The position numbers and the translations under genes are program-made. DNA of 64,000 bases from a candidate division WOR-3 bacterium (lineage in GTDB: Bacteria; Hydrothermota; Tepidihabitantia; Tepidihabitantales; Tepidihabitantaceae). Location of the stretch: positions 1 to 64,000 of the forward strand of contig CBFGIT010000004.1 of the NCBI GenBank assembly GCA_965648905.1, given 5' to 3'. Positions 45,322-54,361 of this stretch are shown here, piece after piece. The notes below the pieces were generated by a model. It was given only the letters and a program-made list of their open reading frames with translations. It did no database searches and was not told the DNA's origin. Position 1 is the stretch's first letter, and each line of letters begins with the position of its first letter.

Positions 45322-47020
45322 GGCGTCTTTCGAGGCCAGCATACCACGGTGCCCGCCTGATTGTCAAGCTCAGCGAATCTACTCGCTCACACCGAGTACC
45401 CTTGTCTGTCGTCTCCGACGAGCCAATGTCCGGTATGCCTCGCATCATCCTCGCATCAGGACCAGCCGGGCGCGTTGCACCGGTGCTGCCGACCCGCCAG
45501 CCGGTGTGTTTGATGTGCCCGCCGGTCAGCGTGATGACAGCGGTCGGCTGGTCCCGAGTCGGAATCAGACCCGGTGCCCAGTAGCCGAGTACGCCGGAGA
45601 ACCTGCCCGAAATCAGGTCGCTGCTCCACCGGCTGATTTCGATACTGCCGCCGGTGCCGACATAACCCTTGATCGCAGAGTACACACGGGATTCAGGGTC
45701 GTCAACAAAGAAGACGGCAGCATCGTCGCAGACCTGAAGGTCATAGCTGCCGGGCGCACCGGGGCACATGACCGTTATCTGACCCACCGGCTCAGAGTCT
45801 CCCTCGGGAACCACCGCGCCCTGCAGATTCGTCTGCCCGCCCGACGTCGCCACGACCGCGCCAGCCCGGTGGAGCCGGCCGTCACGTCGCGCGTCAAGCA
45901 CATGCCTGAGCATCGCCAGCGTGTCGCCGCTGATTCGAAAACTGGCATTCCGGCCGAATATCGGGTCAGGGTCGGTAACGGCACCAAGTTGTGCCAGCGC
46001 TTCAAGCGGCAGACAGGTGTCCGCCATTGCCCCGATGAAAGTAGTGTCAAGGTCGCAGGTGAACGCGTCGTTCACGGCCCAGTCAAAGCCGCAGTAAAGG
46101 TCAGCACCTGCGTCCCGGAAAGCCTGCTCCAGCTCGGGGTTGGTCACATAGGCACTGAAGCAGGTCGAAACGTAGACTATGGTCTTCCAGTAGGGCTCGG
46201 AGTTCTCGAACCGACCGTAGGCACGGACGAATGCCGGTAGTATGACCGGATAGAATCGGCGATTGTGCGCGACGAACGCCAGCCGCGGGCCGCTCTGCCC
46301 GGCCTGGACATCGCCCCGGAAATCGCTGGCTACTGCAGCAGCCAGCTCGCGCTGGGAGTAGCCCTTGCCGGTCAACAGCGCGGCGCAGGGCGGCGCGCCG
46401 GGGTAAGGAGAGACGAGACAGCCGTGACCGGTCCAGAACAGGAGTGAGCGCGCGTCCTGCAACAGCGCCTTCACACGCGTCACCGTCACCTCATTGTTCT
46501 GATGGACCTTTACCTTCTGCAGAACATGGCAGCTCCGGCACATGCGCAGCACGGCCTCGGCTTCACGGGCGGTACCGGGAAGCTCTTCGGCAAACGGGAC
46601 GAGAATCTCGGGGCTGGGGCCAACCACGCCGCCTTCAGGCGCGGCTGATGCCGTCCACGCGCCCCGGGAGGGCGGTTGAGGTGTGCCTGTGCCGCCCCCA
46701 AACGTCCGCTCGCATACTCCCGCCACCAACCCGTTGGCGAAGTAGGCCCAGACAGTGCTGTCTGGTGCGACGATGACCGTGTCCACTCCAGCCAAGCCCT
46801 GCAGGCTGACCTGTGCTTCCCTGGCCGCCGTGGATATGTCTCCAGTCGACAGTCGCGACAGATAGGTTTCCTCGGCAGTCTGCAACGCGGCAAGATTCTG
46901 TTCAACGATCCGTTCGTCGAGCGCCTGCCAGTCTACCGTTCGGTGACAGCAGGCCGCCAATGCAGCAACGAGAGCCAGCGACATTCCCCGACAGGTCTTA
47001 AGACATGACTGTCCCATCAC
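45302..47020 (-). CDS. Hypothetical lipoprotein, possible clan CD (caspase/gingipain-fold) peptidase
   Basis: Lipobox LAAC; LLFWTGHG ... IVYVSTCFS ... GADLYCGF spacing resembles a His-Gly/Cys dyad. Confidence 0.6.
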   Translation of the reverse strand: MMGQSCLKTCRGMSLALVAALAACCHRTVDWQALDERIVEQNLAALQTAEETYLSRLSTGDISTAAREAQVSLQGLAGVDTVIVAPDSTVWAYFANGLVAGVCERTFGGGTGTPQPPSRGAWTASAAPEGGVVGPSPEILVPFAEELPGTAREAEAVLRMCRSCHVLQKVKVHQNNEVTVTRVKALLQDARSLLFWTGHGCLVSPYPGAPPCAALLTGKGYSQRELAAAVASDFRGDVQAGQSGPRLAFVAHNRRFYPVILPAFVRAYGRFENSEPYWKTIVYVSTCFSAYVTNPELEQAFRDAGADLYCGFDWAVNDAFTCDLDTTFIGAMADTCLPLEALAQLGAVTDPDPIFGRNASFRISGDTLAMLRHVLDARRDGRLHRAGAVVATSGGQTNLQGAVVPEGDSEPVGQITVMCPGAPGSYDLQVCDDAAVFFVDDPESRVYSAIKGYVGTGGSIEISRWSSDLISGRFSGVLGYWAPGLIPTRDQPTAVITLTGGHIKHTGWRVGSTGATRPAGPDARMMRGIPDIGSSETTDKGTRCERVDSLSLTIRRAPWYAGLERRHATRCP

Positions 47021-47023
47021 AGG

Positions 47024-47266
47024 TCACCTCGCTTGACCGGTTCCTGCTGACCGGCCTTGGTGTTGGACCGCTGCGTTCAGCGCGGCCAGCACCTCTGCCG
47101 GATTTCGGCCGTGTCTCTCGCACAACTCTCCGACCGTGCCCCAAACCGGCTCGCCGCAGGCGAAGCAGGGAAGACCCAGTCGAACGAAGACGCCGGCTAG
47201 ACTCGGATAACGGTCGAGCAGATCCTCGATTGTGGTATTCCGGTCGATTACTGCAGGACTCTTCAT
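47024..47266 (-). CDS. DUF1858-domain small protein
   Basis: TTIEDLLDRYP..VFVRLGLPCFACG..GTVGELCERHG; ATG is 7 nt after TTGACA-N16-TATCCT. Confidence 0.8.
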   Translation of the reverse strand: MKSPAVIDRNTTIEDLLDRYPSLAGVFVRLGLPCFACGEPVWGTVGELCERHGRNPAEVLAALNAAVQHQGRSAGTGQAR

Positions 47267-47412
47267 GGGTTTCAGGATAGTGTCGCCGTCCGGTCTGTCA
47301 ACAGTCCGAAGGTGCGCCTTGGTAAGCAGGGGCATCGTAGCCAGCACCGGCCGACGTTCACAATGCTGCTCGAACTTCCCGCGTCCCCGAATCCTGCTAT
47401 ACTCAACGTGCA

Positions 47413-50187
47413 GTGAAGCGGACAGCTCCAGTGGCACAGGCAGTCGGCGATACCGCTATCCGTCCCTGGTCCCTCACTGCCGAGGAAATCCTGAGTACGT
47501 ACGGCGGCAGCCGCGAGGGGCTGTCCACGGCGCAGGCTGAGAAACTACTGCTCAGGTATGGCCGGAACACGCTGCGGGCCCGGGACCAGAAGACCTGGTA
47601 TGAACTCCTTGCCCACCAGTTCGCGAATCCGATGGTCTACCTGTTGATTGGCGCGGCCGTTGTTAAAGCCTGCTTCAAGGGCCTGCTCGACGCGGCAGTC
47701 ATCGGAGCCGTGCTCGTGTTCATGGCCCTCATCGGTTTGGCCCAGGAACTGAAGGCGCAGCGGGCCATGGCCGCCTTGCTCAAGCTGAGTGCGCCCAAAG
47801 CAAAGGTGCGGCGTGACGGCCGAACCATGCTGTTGGATGCGGCGGAAGTTGTGCCCGGCGATCTGCTGGTGGTCGAGGCAGGGGACCGCGTCGCGGCCGA
47901 CTGTCGGCTGCTTGAGGCTGCCAGCCTCAAAGCCAACGAGTCAACCTTCACGGGCGAATCCCTTCCGGCCGAGAAGACCCTGACTCCGGTTTCCGGCGAC
48001 GCTCCGCTCCACGACCGGACCAACATGCTGTTCATGGGTACCACCATTATTCACGGGCGCGGGCTGGCGTTGGTTACCTCCACCGGAATGCAGACCGAAA
48101 TCGGCCGGATTGCCGAGGCCGTAGCCAGCGCCAGAAAAGACCGGACGCCGCTGCAGCAGAGCATTGACCGGCTTGCGCGTTCGCTCATCTGGATAGTCAT
48201 CGGTGCGTGTCTCGTGCTGGTCGCGGTCGGTGTGCTGCGGGGCATGGCCTGGGTCGAGGTGCTGCTCTTGACCGTTGCCGCCGCCGTGTCGGCCATCCCT
48301 GAGGGACTTCCCGCTGCAGTCACGGTAATCCTTGCCGTCAGTGTCAGCCGCATGGCGGCACGTAACGTCATCATCCGCAAGCTAACCGCAGTTGAGGCGC
48401 TCGGGACTGCGACCGTCATCTGCTCGGACAAGACCGGCACACTGACGCTGAACCAGATGACCGTCCGGAGCCTGTGGCTCGGTGGTCGGCCGTTGACCGT
48501 AACCGGCAGCGGCTACGCGCCTGAGGGCGCGTTCCATCTCGACGGAAACCCGGTCAGGCCCGATTCTGACCCGGCGCTGCTGCGGCTACTGCGCGCCGCC
48601 GTGCTCTGCAATGACGCGCTGCTCAACCGCGCGGGGTCGGATTGGGAAGTGCTCGGCGACCCGACCGAAGGCGCGCTGCTTGCGGTCGGGGCCAAGGCCG
48701 GATTCCACAAGGCCGCGCTCGAGCTGGAGCAGCCCCGGCTCGACGAGATTCCGTTTCAGAGCGAGCAGCAGTTCATGGCAACCCTCCACCCGGAAGACGA
48801 ACTGCGGACCGTCTACGTCAAAGGCTCGGTTGAGAAGCTGCTCGCGCTGTGCGGGCGTATTGACACCGGCAGCCGCGAGCAGCCGCTCGATGACGAGATG
48901 CGCCGCGCGGTCCTCGATGCGAATCAGGCGATGGCCGGCGCGGCGTTGCGCGTGCTGGCGGTTGCTGCCGCGTCCTACCCGGTCAGTCTCGGCAGACTGA
49001 ACCCGGACCGCTTTGCCGGCCGACTGGTCCTGCGCGGGCTTATCGGCATGTTTGACCCGCCGCGCGAGGAGGCCTGCCGGGCGATTCAGCGTTGTCAGCA
49101 GGCCGGCATTCGCGTGGCGATGATAACCGGCGATAACCCGATCACCGCCTCGGCCGTTGCCGCACAACTTGGTATTGGCCGACCGGGTGAGCCGGCGCTG
49201 GTCGGCCGGGAGATTGAAGCGCTGTCGGACGACGAGCTGCGAACTGCCTGCCGCGACGGCAACGTCTTCGCCCGGATCGAACCCCTGCACAAGCTCAGAA
49301 TCGTCAATGCCTTCAAAGCGAACGGACACGTTGTCGCGATGACCGGGGACGGAGTGAACGATGCTCCGGCGCTCGAGGCCGCGGGCATTGGTGTCGCAAT
49401 GGGCATCACCGGCACCGACGTTGCCAAAGAAGCGGCGGACATGGTGCTGGCCGACGACAACTTTGCTTCCATCGTCGCCGCGGTTGAAGAAGGGCGGGCG
49501 ATTTTCAACCGCTTGCGCAATGTTGTCTTCTTCTTGCTGATGACCTGCACGGCCGAGTTGATGACCATCCTGTTGAGCGTCGCAGTATACGGTGCATCGC
49601 CGCTTGAGCCGATTCATGTCCTCTGGATAAACTTAGTGACCGGCAGTCTTGCCGCGATTCCGCTGGGGCTGGAGCCGGCAACCGGCCGGGAACTGGCTCA
49701 GCCACCCCGAGACCCTAAGGTGGGTCTGATTTACCCGGGCATGCTCCTGCGGATGCTCGTGTTCGGAGTTTCGATGTCAATTCTGGTCACGCTCGTGTTC
49801 CACCATGCGCCGCTCCCGCCGGCCGCTGATGCCTTGACTGCTCATACGGTCCGCCAGACGATCGCCTTCACCGCCATCGTCCTCGCGGAATGGTTCTTCG
49901 TCTTCCATGCCCGCTCGCCGGAGCAGAACATCTGGGAAGTCGGCGTGCTGCGCAACCGCTGGCTGATGCTCGCGATGCTGGTCGGGCTCGGCCTGCAGTC
50001 GATGGTTATCTACCTGCGGCCCGTGACCGGGTTCTTTCATACCCGACCGCTGACGCCGGTTGAACTGGTCTGGGCATTTCTGCCCGGTCTGGTACTGGTG
50101 ATGCTTGAGACGGCCCGAAAACTGCTGGCCCCACGCCTTTTCGCCGTTGGCCAGTGGCAGCGGCTCCGCCCGCCCAGACCTGCCTAG
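47413..50187 (+). CDS. Cation-transporting P-type ATPase (type II, Ca2+/Na+-like)
   Basis: TGES, PEGLP, DKTGTLT, MITGD, TGDGVND. Confidence 0.96.
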   Translation: MKRTAPVAQAVGDTAIRPWSLTAEEILSTYGGSREGLSTAQAEKLLLRYGRNTLRARDQKTWYELLAHQFANPMVYLLIGAAVVKACFKGLLDAAVIGAVLVFMALIGLAQELKAQRAMAALLKLSAPKAKVRRDGRTMLLDAAEVVPGDLLVVEAGDRVAADCRLLEAASLKANESTFTGESLPAEKTLTPVSGDAPLHDRTNMLFMGTTIIHGRGLALVTSTGMQTEIGRIAEAVASARKDRTPLQQSIDRLARSLIWIVIGACLVLVAVGVLRGMAWVEVLLLTVAAAVSAIPEGLPAAVTVILAVSVSRMAARNVIIRKLTAVEALGTATVICSDKTGTLTLNQMTVRSLWLGGRPLTVTGSGYAPEGAFHLDGNPVRPDSDPALLRLLRAAVLCNDALLNRAGSDWEVLGDPTEGALLAVGAKAGFHKAALELEQPRLDEIPFQSEQQFMATLHPEDELRTVYVKGSVEKLLALCGRIDTGSREQPLDDEMRRAVLDANQAMAGAALRVLAVAAASYPVSLGRLNPDRFAGRLVLRGLIGMFDPPREEACRAIQRCQQAGIRVAMITGDNPITASAVAAQLGIGRPGEPALVGREIEALSDDELRTACRDGNVFARIEPLHKLRIVNAFKANGHVVAMTGDGVNDAPALEAAGIGVAMGITGTDVAKEAADMVLADDNFASIVAAVEEGRAIFNRLRNVVFFLLMTCTAELMTILLSVAVYGASPLEPIHVLWINLVTGSLAAIPLGLEPATGRELAQPPRDPKVGLIYPGMLLRMLVFGVSMSILVTLVFHHAPLPPAADALTAHTVRQTIAFTAIVLAEWFFVFHARSPEQNIWEVGVLRNRWLMLAMLVGLGLQSMVIYLRPVTGFFHTRPLTPVELVWAFLPGLVLVMLETARKLLAPRLFAVGQWQRLRPPRPA

Positions 50188-50657
50188 TTCCGATTCAACG
50201 AACCACATGGAAGTCGCTTGAATAAGCGACAAGTCGACGCCGGCCAAGCCGAACCTGAGTCGCTGACAGGCAATCTGGCGTCGGATATGACGGACGACGA
50301 GGCCTGCGCTCCCCCTGCGGTTTAGGTTGCGGCTTCGGGTGTCGCTGTTCCTGGCGCTTGGAGCGCGACGGTGGCTGCCGCTGTGCCGAGCGTCGAGGAT
50401 GACGCCGCGTCAGTCGCGAGGAGTTCGGTTATTGGGTCAATGAGGAAATACACGGGACGGAGCGCGAGCGAGGACGCAAGACGGGCGGTGGTTGACATGG
50501 CCCGGGTTTCCGCCAGCGGTTGCCGGGCCGGTCGTCACGCGCATAGCCGGTGGGAAAGCCGGTTCAGGTGTGACTCGTCAGGAAAGGCGCAAGGCTTGGC
50601 TGGCGAGCGCGTGCGGTCGGAACGTATCTCATCAGGCAATCGAGGCAACGCGCTTGG

Positions 50658-50685
50658 TTGACATCGATGGACAGAGGTATACAAT
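50658..50685 (+). promoter_or_regulatory. Strong sigma70-like promoter heading the surface-protein array
   Basis: TTGACA-N16-TACAAT. Confidence 0.75.
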
Positions 50686-50980
50686 AACCTGCTGGAAGGG
50701 TCTGCCCAGCAGCAGGGCGGCTTGAGAGACGCTGCCTGCTGCGCGGCGGCCCGGGCACGGCCTTCCTGCAGGAGAACCTGCAGGGAGAAAAGACGCAGCA
50801 ACAGGTGGCCGTACGCGTCTGGAGGACGCTCCGGACCTACCCGATTCACCGAGCAGGAGGCTGTGATGAGACTCTCTTCCGCGGTCCTCGCGTGCCGGGC
50901 CAGAACCGGCCCGGAAACACAGATGCCACTTCCGGTCGAGGCAGTAGACTGCCAGGATTGCCAGATTACCGGGGGGTTGG

Positions 50981-52264
50981 ATGCAACGTTCTGTTGAACT
51001 CCTGACTACAATCGCAGCATTGCTCCTGCTTTCCGGCTGCGGCAAAGCTCCGGAGGCACCGACCATCACCGGCCCGGATTCGTGCTGGGCCAACGTGCCG
51101 GTGACTTTCCGCGCCCAGAGCACGAGCCAGGGCAGCAAGAGAGTGGCCTACCGTTTTGGCTGGGGCGACGGTTCACGGCAGAAGTGGACCGACCACGTGC
51201 CCGGAACACAGCAGATGTCTGCAACCCACACTTATGCTGATGCCGGTCTTTACGGTGTGACCGTGCAAGCAATGGACGAGAACGGCCGGGAGTCCGAGTG
51301 GTCAGCGCCGCACCCGTTGCTGGTGAAGTACCGCGGGGTCGGCCGCCCGAACGCGCCGGTCGGCCCGGACTCTGGATACCGGAACACAGAATATGAGTTC
51401 GCGACCGCGGCCGAGGACCCGACCGGTCGCAAGGTGAGAATCCGATTTGACTGGGGCGACGGCAGCATCTCGGGCTGGGGCGACTCGGTGGCAAGCGGCG
51501 CCACGGCAACCGCGACGCACGCTTTCTCCGACACCGGGACATACATGATTCGCGCCCAAGCCAAGACGACCGAAGGTGACACAAGCCCATGGTCCCATGC
51601 GCGCTCGATTGCCATTGCTCCGGGCTGGGAGACGATCATGTTTGAGGGGTTTGAGGGCAGTTTCCCGGGCACACGCTGGATGCTCATCGGCAGCCCGACA
51701 TGGGGCCCGGAAGACTACCGGAAGTATGAAGGGCGCAAGAGCGGCTGGTGTGCCGGCTCGAGCCGGAGCGCGCCGGGCTACTCCAAAGACATGTACGCGG
51801 CAATGGTCTATGGGCCGTTCTCACTTGAGCGGGCCGACTCGGCTGTGGTCTTGTTCCGAAGCTGGGTCGATACCGAAACGGGGTACGACTGGTTCGCCTG
51901 GCTGGCCTCAGCCGACGGTACGAACTGGGACGGGTACGAGGTGTCGGGAAACTTCCCGTACTGGGAACTTGACACATTCGACCTGTCCGCTGTTGCCGGA
52001 ATCGGCAGCCTGGTCGGCGAGCCCAGGGTCTGGATTGCATTTCTGTTCTACAGCGACAACTCGGTTCAGTACGACGGGGTCTATCTGGACAGCGTCGCCT
52101 TGATGAGTTTCAGCGGGTTCGGCGCGACCAAATCCGGTCAAGCAGGCAGGACTTCGCTGCCGACACCTGCAGTGCGGCCCCAGCGCGCACGCGTCCGACC
52201 GATTCATATCAGGCTCGCCGCAGACGATAGGAGTCAGCTCAAGCTCGAAAGGAGGGAGCCGTGA
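50981..52264 (+). CDS. Lipoprotein with two PKD-like modules and a C-terminal beta-sandwich domain
   Basis: Lipobox LSGC; two F(G/D)WGDG...H.y...G.Y...QA...S.WS modules; EGFEG...YDW...GVYLD domain. Confidence 0.8.
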   Translation: MQRSVELLTTIAALLLLSGCGKAPEAPTITGPDSCWANVPVTFRAQSTSQGSKRVAYRFGWGDGSRQKWTDHVPGTQQMSATHTYADAGLYGVTVQAMDENGRESEWSAPHPLLVKYRGVGRPNAPVGPDSGYRNTEYEFATAAEDPTGRKVRIRFDWGDGSISGWGDSVASGATATATHAFSDTGTYMIRAQAKTTEGDTSPWSHARSIAIAPGWETIMFEGFEGSFPGTRWMLIGSPTWGPEDYRKYEGRKSGWCAGSSRSAPGYSKDMYAAMVYGPFSLERADSAVVLFRSWVDTETGYDWFAWLASADGTNWDGYEVSGNFPYWELDTFDLSAVAGIGSLVGEPRVWIAFLFYSDNSVQYDGVYLDSVALMSFSGFGATKSGQAGRTSLPTPAVRPQRARVRPIHIRLAADDRSQLKLERREP

Positions 52265-54306
52265 AACAGAGCGTCGTATTGCTCGCCGCACTCGGCCTGG
52301 TCGCGTTGCTCAGTTTCGGGTGCGGTCGCAAGAACAAGCCACCGTACCCGCCGACCCGTCCGTTCGGCTCGAGCACGCCAATCGTCGGAGTTGAGCAGAC
52401 TTATTCCACGACCGTGACTGACCCGGAAGGCGACAGCGTGTCGGTGATGTTCGACTGGGGCAACGGCGATTCCGGTGACTGGACCGCGTTTGCACCATCG
52501 AACCGGGCCATCAAGGTCAGCCACTCGTGGACCAGTACCGACACCTGCGTTATCAGGGTTGTTGCGCAGGACATCAAGGGCGAGCGGTCAGACTGGTCCA
52601 ACGGGCTTGAGGTCGCGGTGCTCTCTGACCCGCCGCCGGAAAAGCCGGCAACCCCAAGCGGACCCGAAAGCACAACGGTCAACTTCCCCAGTCGCTTCAG
52701 GTCCTCGGCCACCGACCCGGCCGGCGACAGCGTCGCGATTCGATTCGACTGGGGCAACGGCGATACGTCGGAGTGGAGTGACCTTGTTGCGTCAGGCAGC
52801 GAGGTCGTCGGCACGTACGCCTGGGTTTCGCTTGGCGCGGCTGCGGTTCGGGCCCAGGCGAAAGACGACAAGGGTGTCTTCTCCGAGTGGTCAGATGCCC
52901 ACCAGGTTACGGTTGTTGACAACAATCCGCCGGCCACGCCAGGTGCGCCAACCGGGCCTTCGGGCGGCGGGGCGAACACGCCTTTCTGGTTCACGGCCAC
53001 GACTACCGACCCGGACGGTGACAGCATTGCGGCCCGGTTCGCCTGGGGCGATGGCGACACTTCGGACTGGAGCCGGTTCTACCGCTCAGGCGGAACAGTT
53101 GCCTCAAGCCATGCCTGGAGAACCCCGGGTTCGTTCTCAGTCCGGGCCCAGGCGCGGGACGACCGTGGTGGCGTATCCGACTGGTCACAGGAACACCTGA
53201 TTGCCATCAGCACCGAAGGTACCCTGCGTTGGCGCTACCAGACCGGCAGCAGCATTATCGGTGTGCCGACCGTGGGTCGCGACGGCACAGTCTACGTCGG
53301 GTCGAACGGAGACAAGCTGACCGCAGTCAACCCGGACGGCACCAAGCAGTGGGAGTTCTCGACCGGCGGGCCAGGCGGGTTCGGCTCAACCGCGATCGGT
53401 GCGGACGGCACGGTCTACGCGTCGCACTGGGTCGAGGGTCTTGACGACTCACTCTATGCCCTCACGCCAGCCGGCACGAGAAAGTGGGCGTTTGCGGTCC
53501 CGTCCGGCTACGGGCCCGGCCATATTACAGTTGGTGCAGACGGCACGGTCTATGTGGTTGCCGGCGGCAATCAGGAGTTCTACGCCGTGAATCCGGACGG
53601 AACGCAGAAGTGGATGTTCTCAATCGGCGCTGAAGTAGCCGGCAATGCCGTACCGCCGGTTGCCGCGGACGGTACGGCCTATTGCGGCGGCTGGTGGAGC
53701 AATAGTCTGAGCGCAGTCTCGGCCGCAGGCAGCCAGTTGTGGTCATGCTATGTCGGCGGCGGGGTCGAGTCCGGTCCCGCAATCGGCAGCGACGGCACAA
53801 TCTACATCACCTCGGTCGCGGACCGCGTGGGCAGCTCAGAGCCGAGTTACATCTATGCGGTTCGGCCAGACGGTTCGTCGCGCTGGAGCTATCTGGCCAG
53901 CGGCCACATCCGGACCTCGCCCGCAATCGGCAGCGACGGTACAGTCTACTTCGGCACTCAGGACGGCCGGTTCTACGCGCTCTATGCGGACGGCGGCCTG
54001 AAATGGGTGTACACCAACGCGACCAACATCTCGCATTCTTCGCCGGTGATTGACGCCGACGGCATCGTCTATGTCGGTACAGTTGACCGCAGGCTGCTTG
54101 CTTTCAACCCGGACGGCACCCTGCGCTGGACCTATACTGCCGGCGGCCCGGTCGGCCCGCTTGCCATCGGCCCGGACGGCACCATCTACTTTGGTACAAA
54201 CGACGGCTATCTGTATGCGGTCAACGGCAGCGGTACACAGACCGGCAGTGGCTGGCCCATGTTCCAGCACGACCCTAGGCACACCGGCCGCACCAGCGGA
54301 AGATAG
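52261..54306 (+). CDS. Lipoprotein with three PKD-like modules and a PQQ-type beta-propeller
   Basis: Lipobox SFGC; three TDPxGD...WG(N/D)G modules; repeated PAIGxDGTxY...YAxxPDGTxxW; ends WPMFQHDPRHTG. Confidence 0.85.
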   Translation: MKQSVVLLAALGLVALLSFGCGRKNKPPYPPTRPFGSSTPIVGVEQTYSTTVTDPEGDSVSVMFDWGNGDSGDWTAFAPSNRAIKVSHSWTSTDTCVIRVVAQDIKGERSDWSNGLEVAVLSDPPPEKPATPSGPESTTVNFPSRFRSSATDPAGDSVAIRFDWGNGDTSEWSDLVASGSEVVGTYAWVSLGAAAVRAQAKDDKGVFSEWSDAHQVTVVDNNPPATPGAPTGPSGGGANTPFWFTATTTDPDGDSIAARFAWGDGDTSDWSRFYRSGGTVASSHAWRTPGSFSVRAQARDDRGGVSDWSQEHLIAISTEGTLRWRYQTGSSIIGVPTVGRDGTVYVGSNGDKLTAVNPDGTKQWEFSTGGPGGFGSTAIGADGTVYASHWVEGLDDSLYALTPAGTRKWAFAVPSGYGPGHITVGADGTVYVVAGGNQEFYAVNPDGTQKWMFSIGAEVAGNAVPPVAADGTAYCGGWWSNSLSAVSAAGSQLWSCYVGGGVESGPAIGSDGTIYITSVADRVGSSEPSYIYAVRPDGSSRWSYLASGHIRTSPAIGSDGTVYFGTQDGRFYALYADGGLKWVYTNATNISHSSPVIDADGIVYVGTVDRRLLAFNPDGTLRWTYTAGGPVGPLAIGPDGTIYFGTNDGYLYAVNGSGTQTGSGWPMFQHDPRHTGRTSGR

Positions 54307-54361
54307 TCAGCATGCGGAATGACGGAAAGCAAAACGCGAATGGCGAGCAACGGAGGCTAAG

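Noticed and set aside
43354..45360. 668-aa plus-strand ORF
   Set aside because: Antisense shadow of the SLC13 transporter and zinc-ribbon genes.
50188..50657. Short ORFs and a lone TTGACA (50492) in the gap after the P-type ATPase
   Set aside because: No matching -10, SD or protein-like composition.
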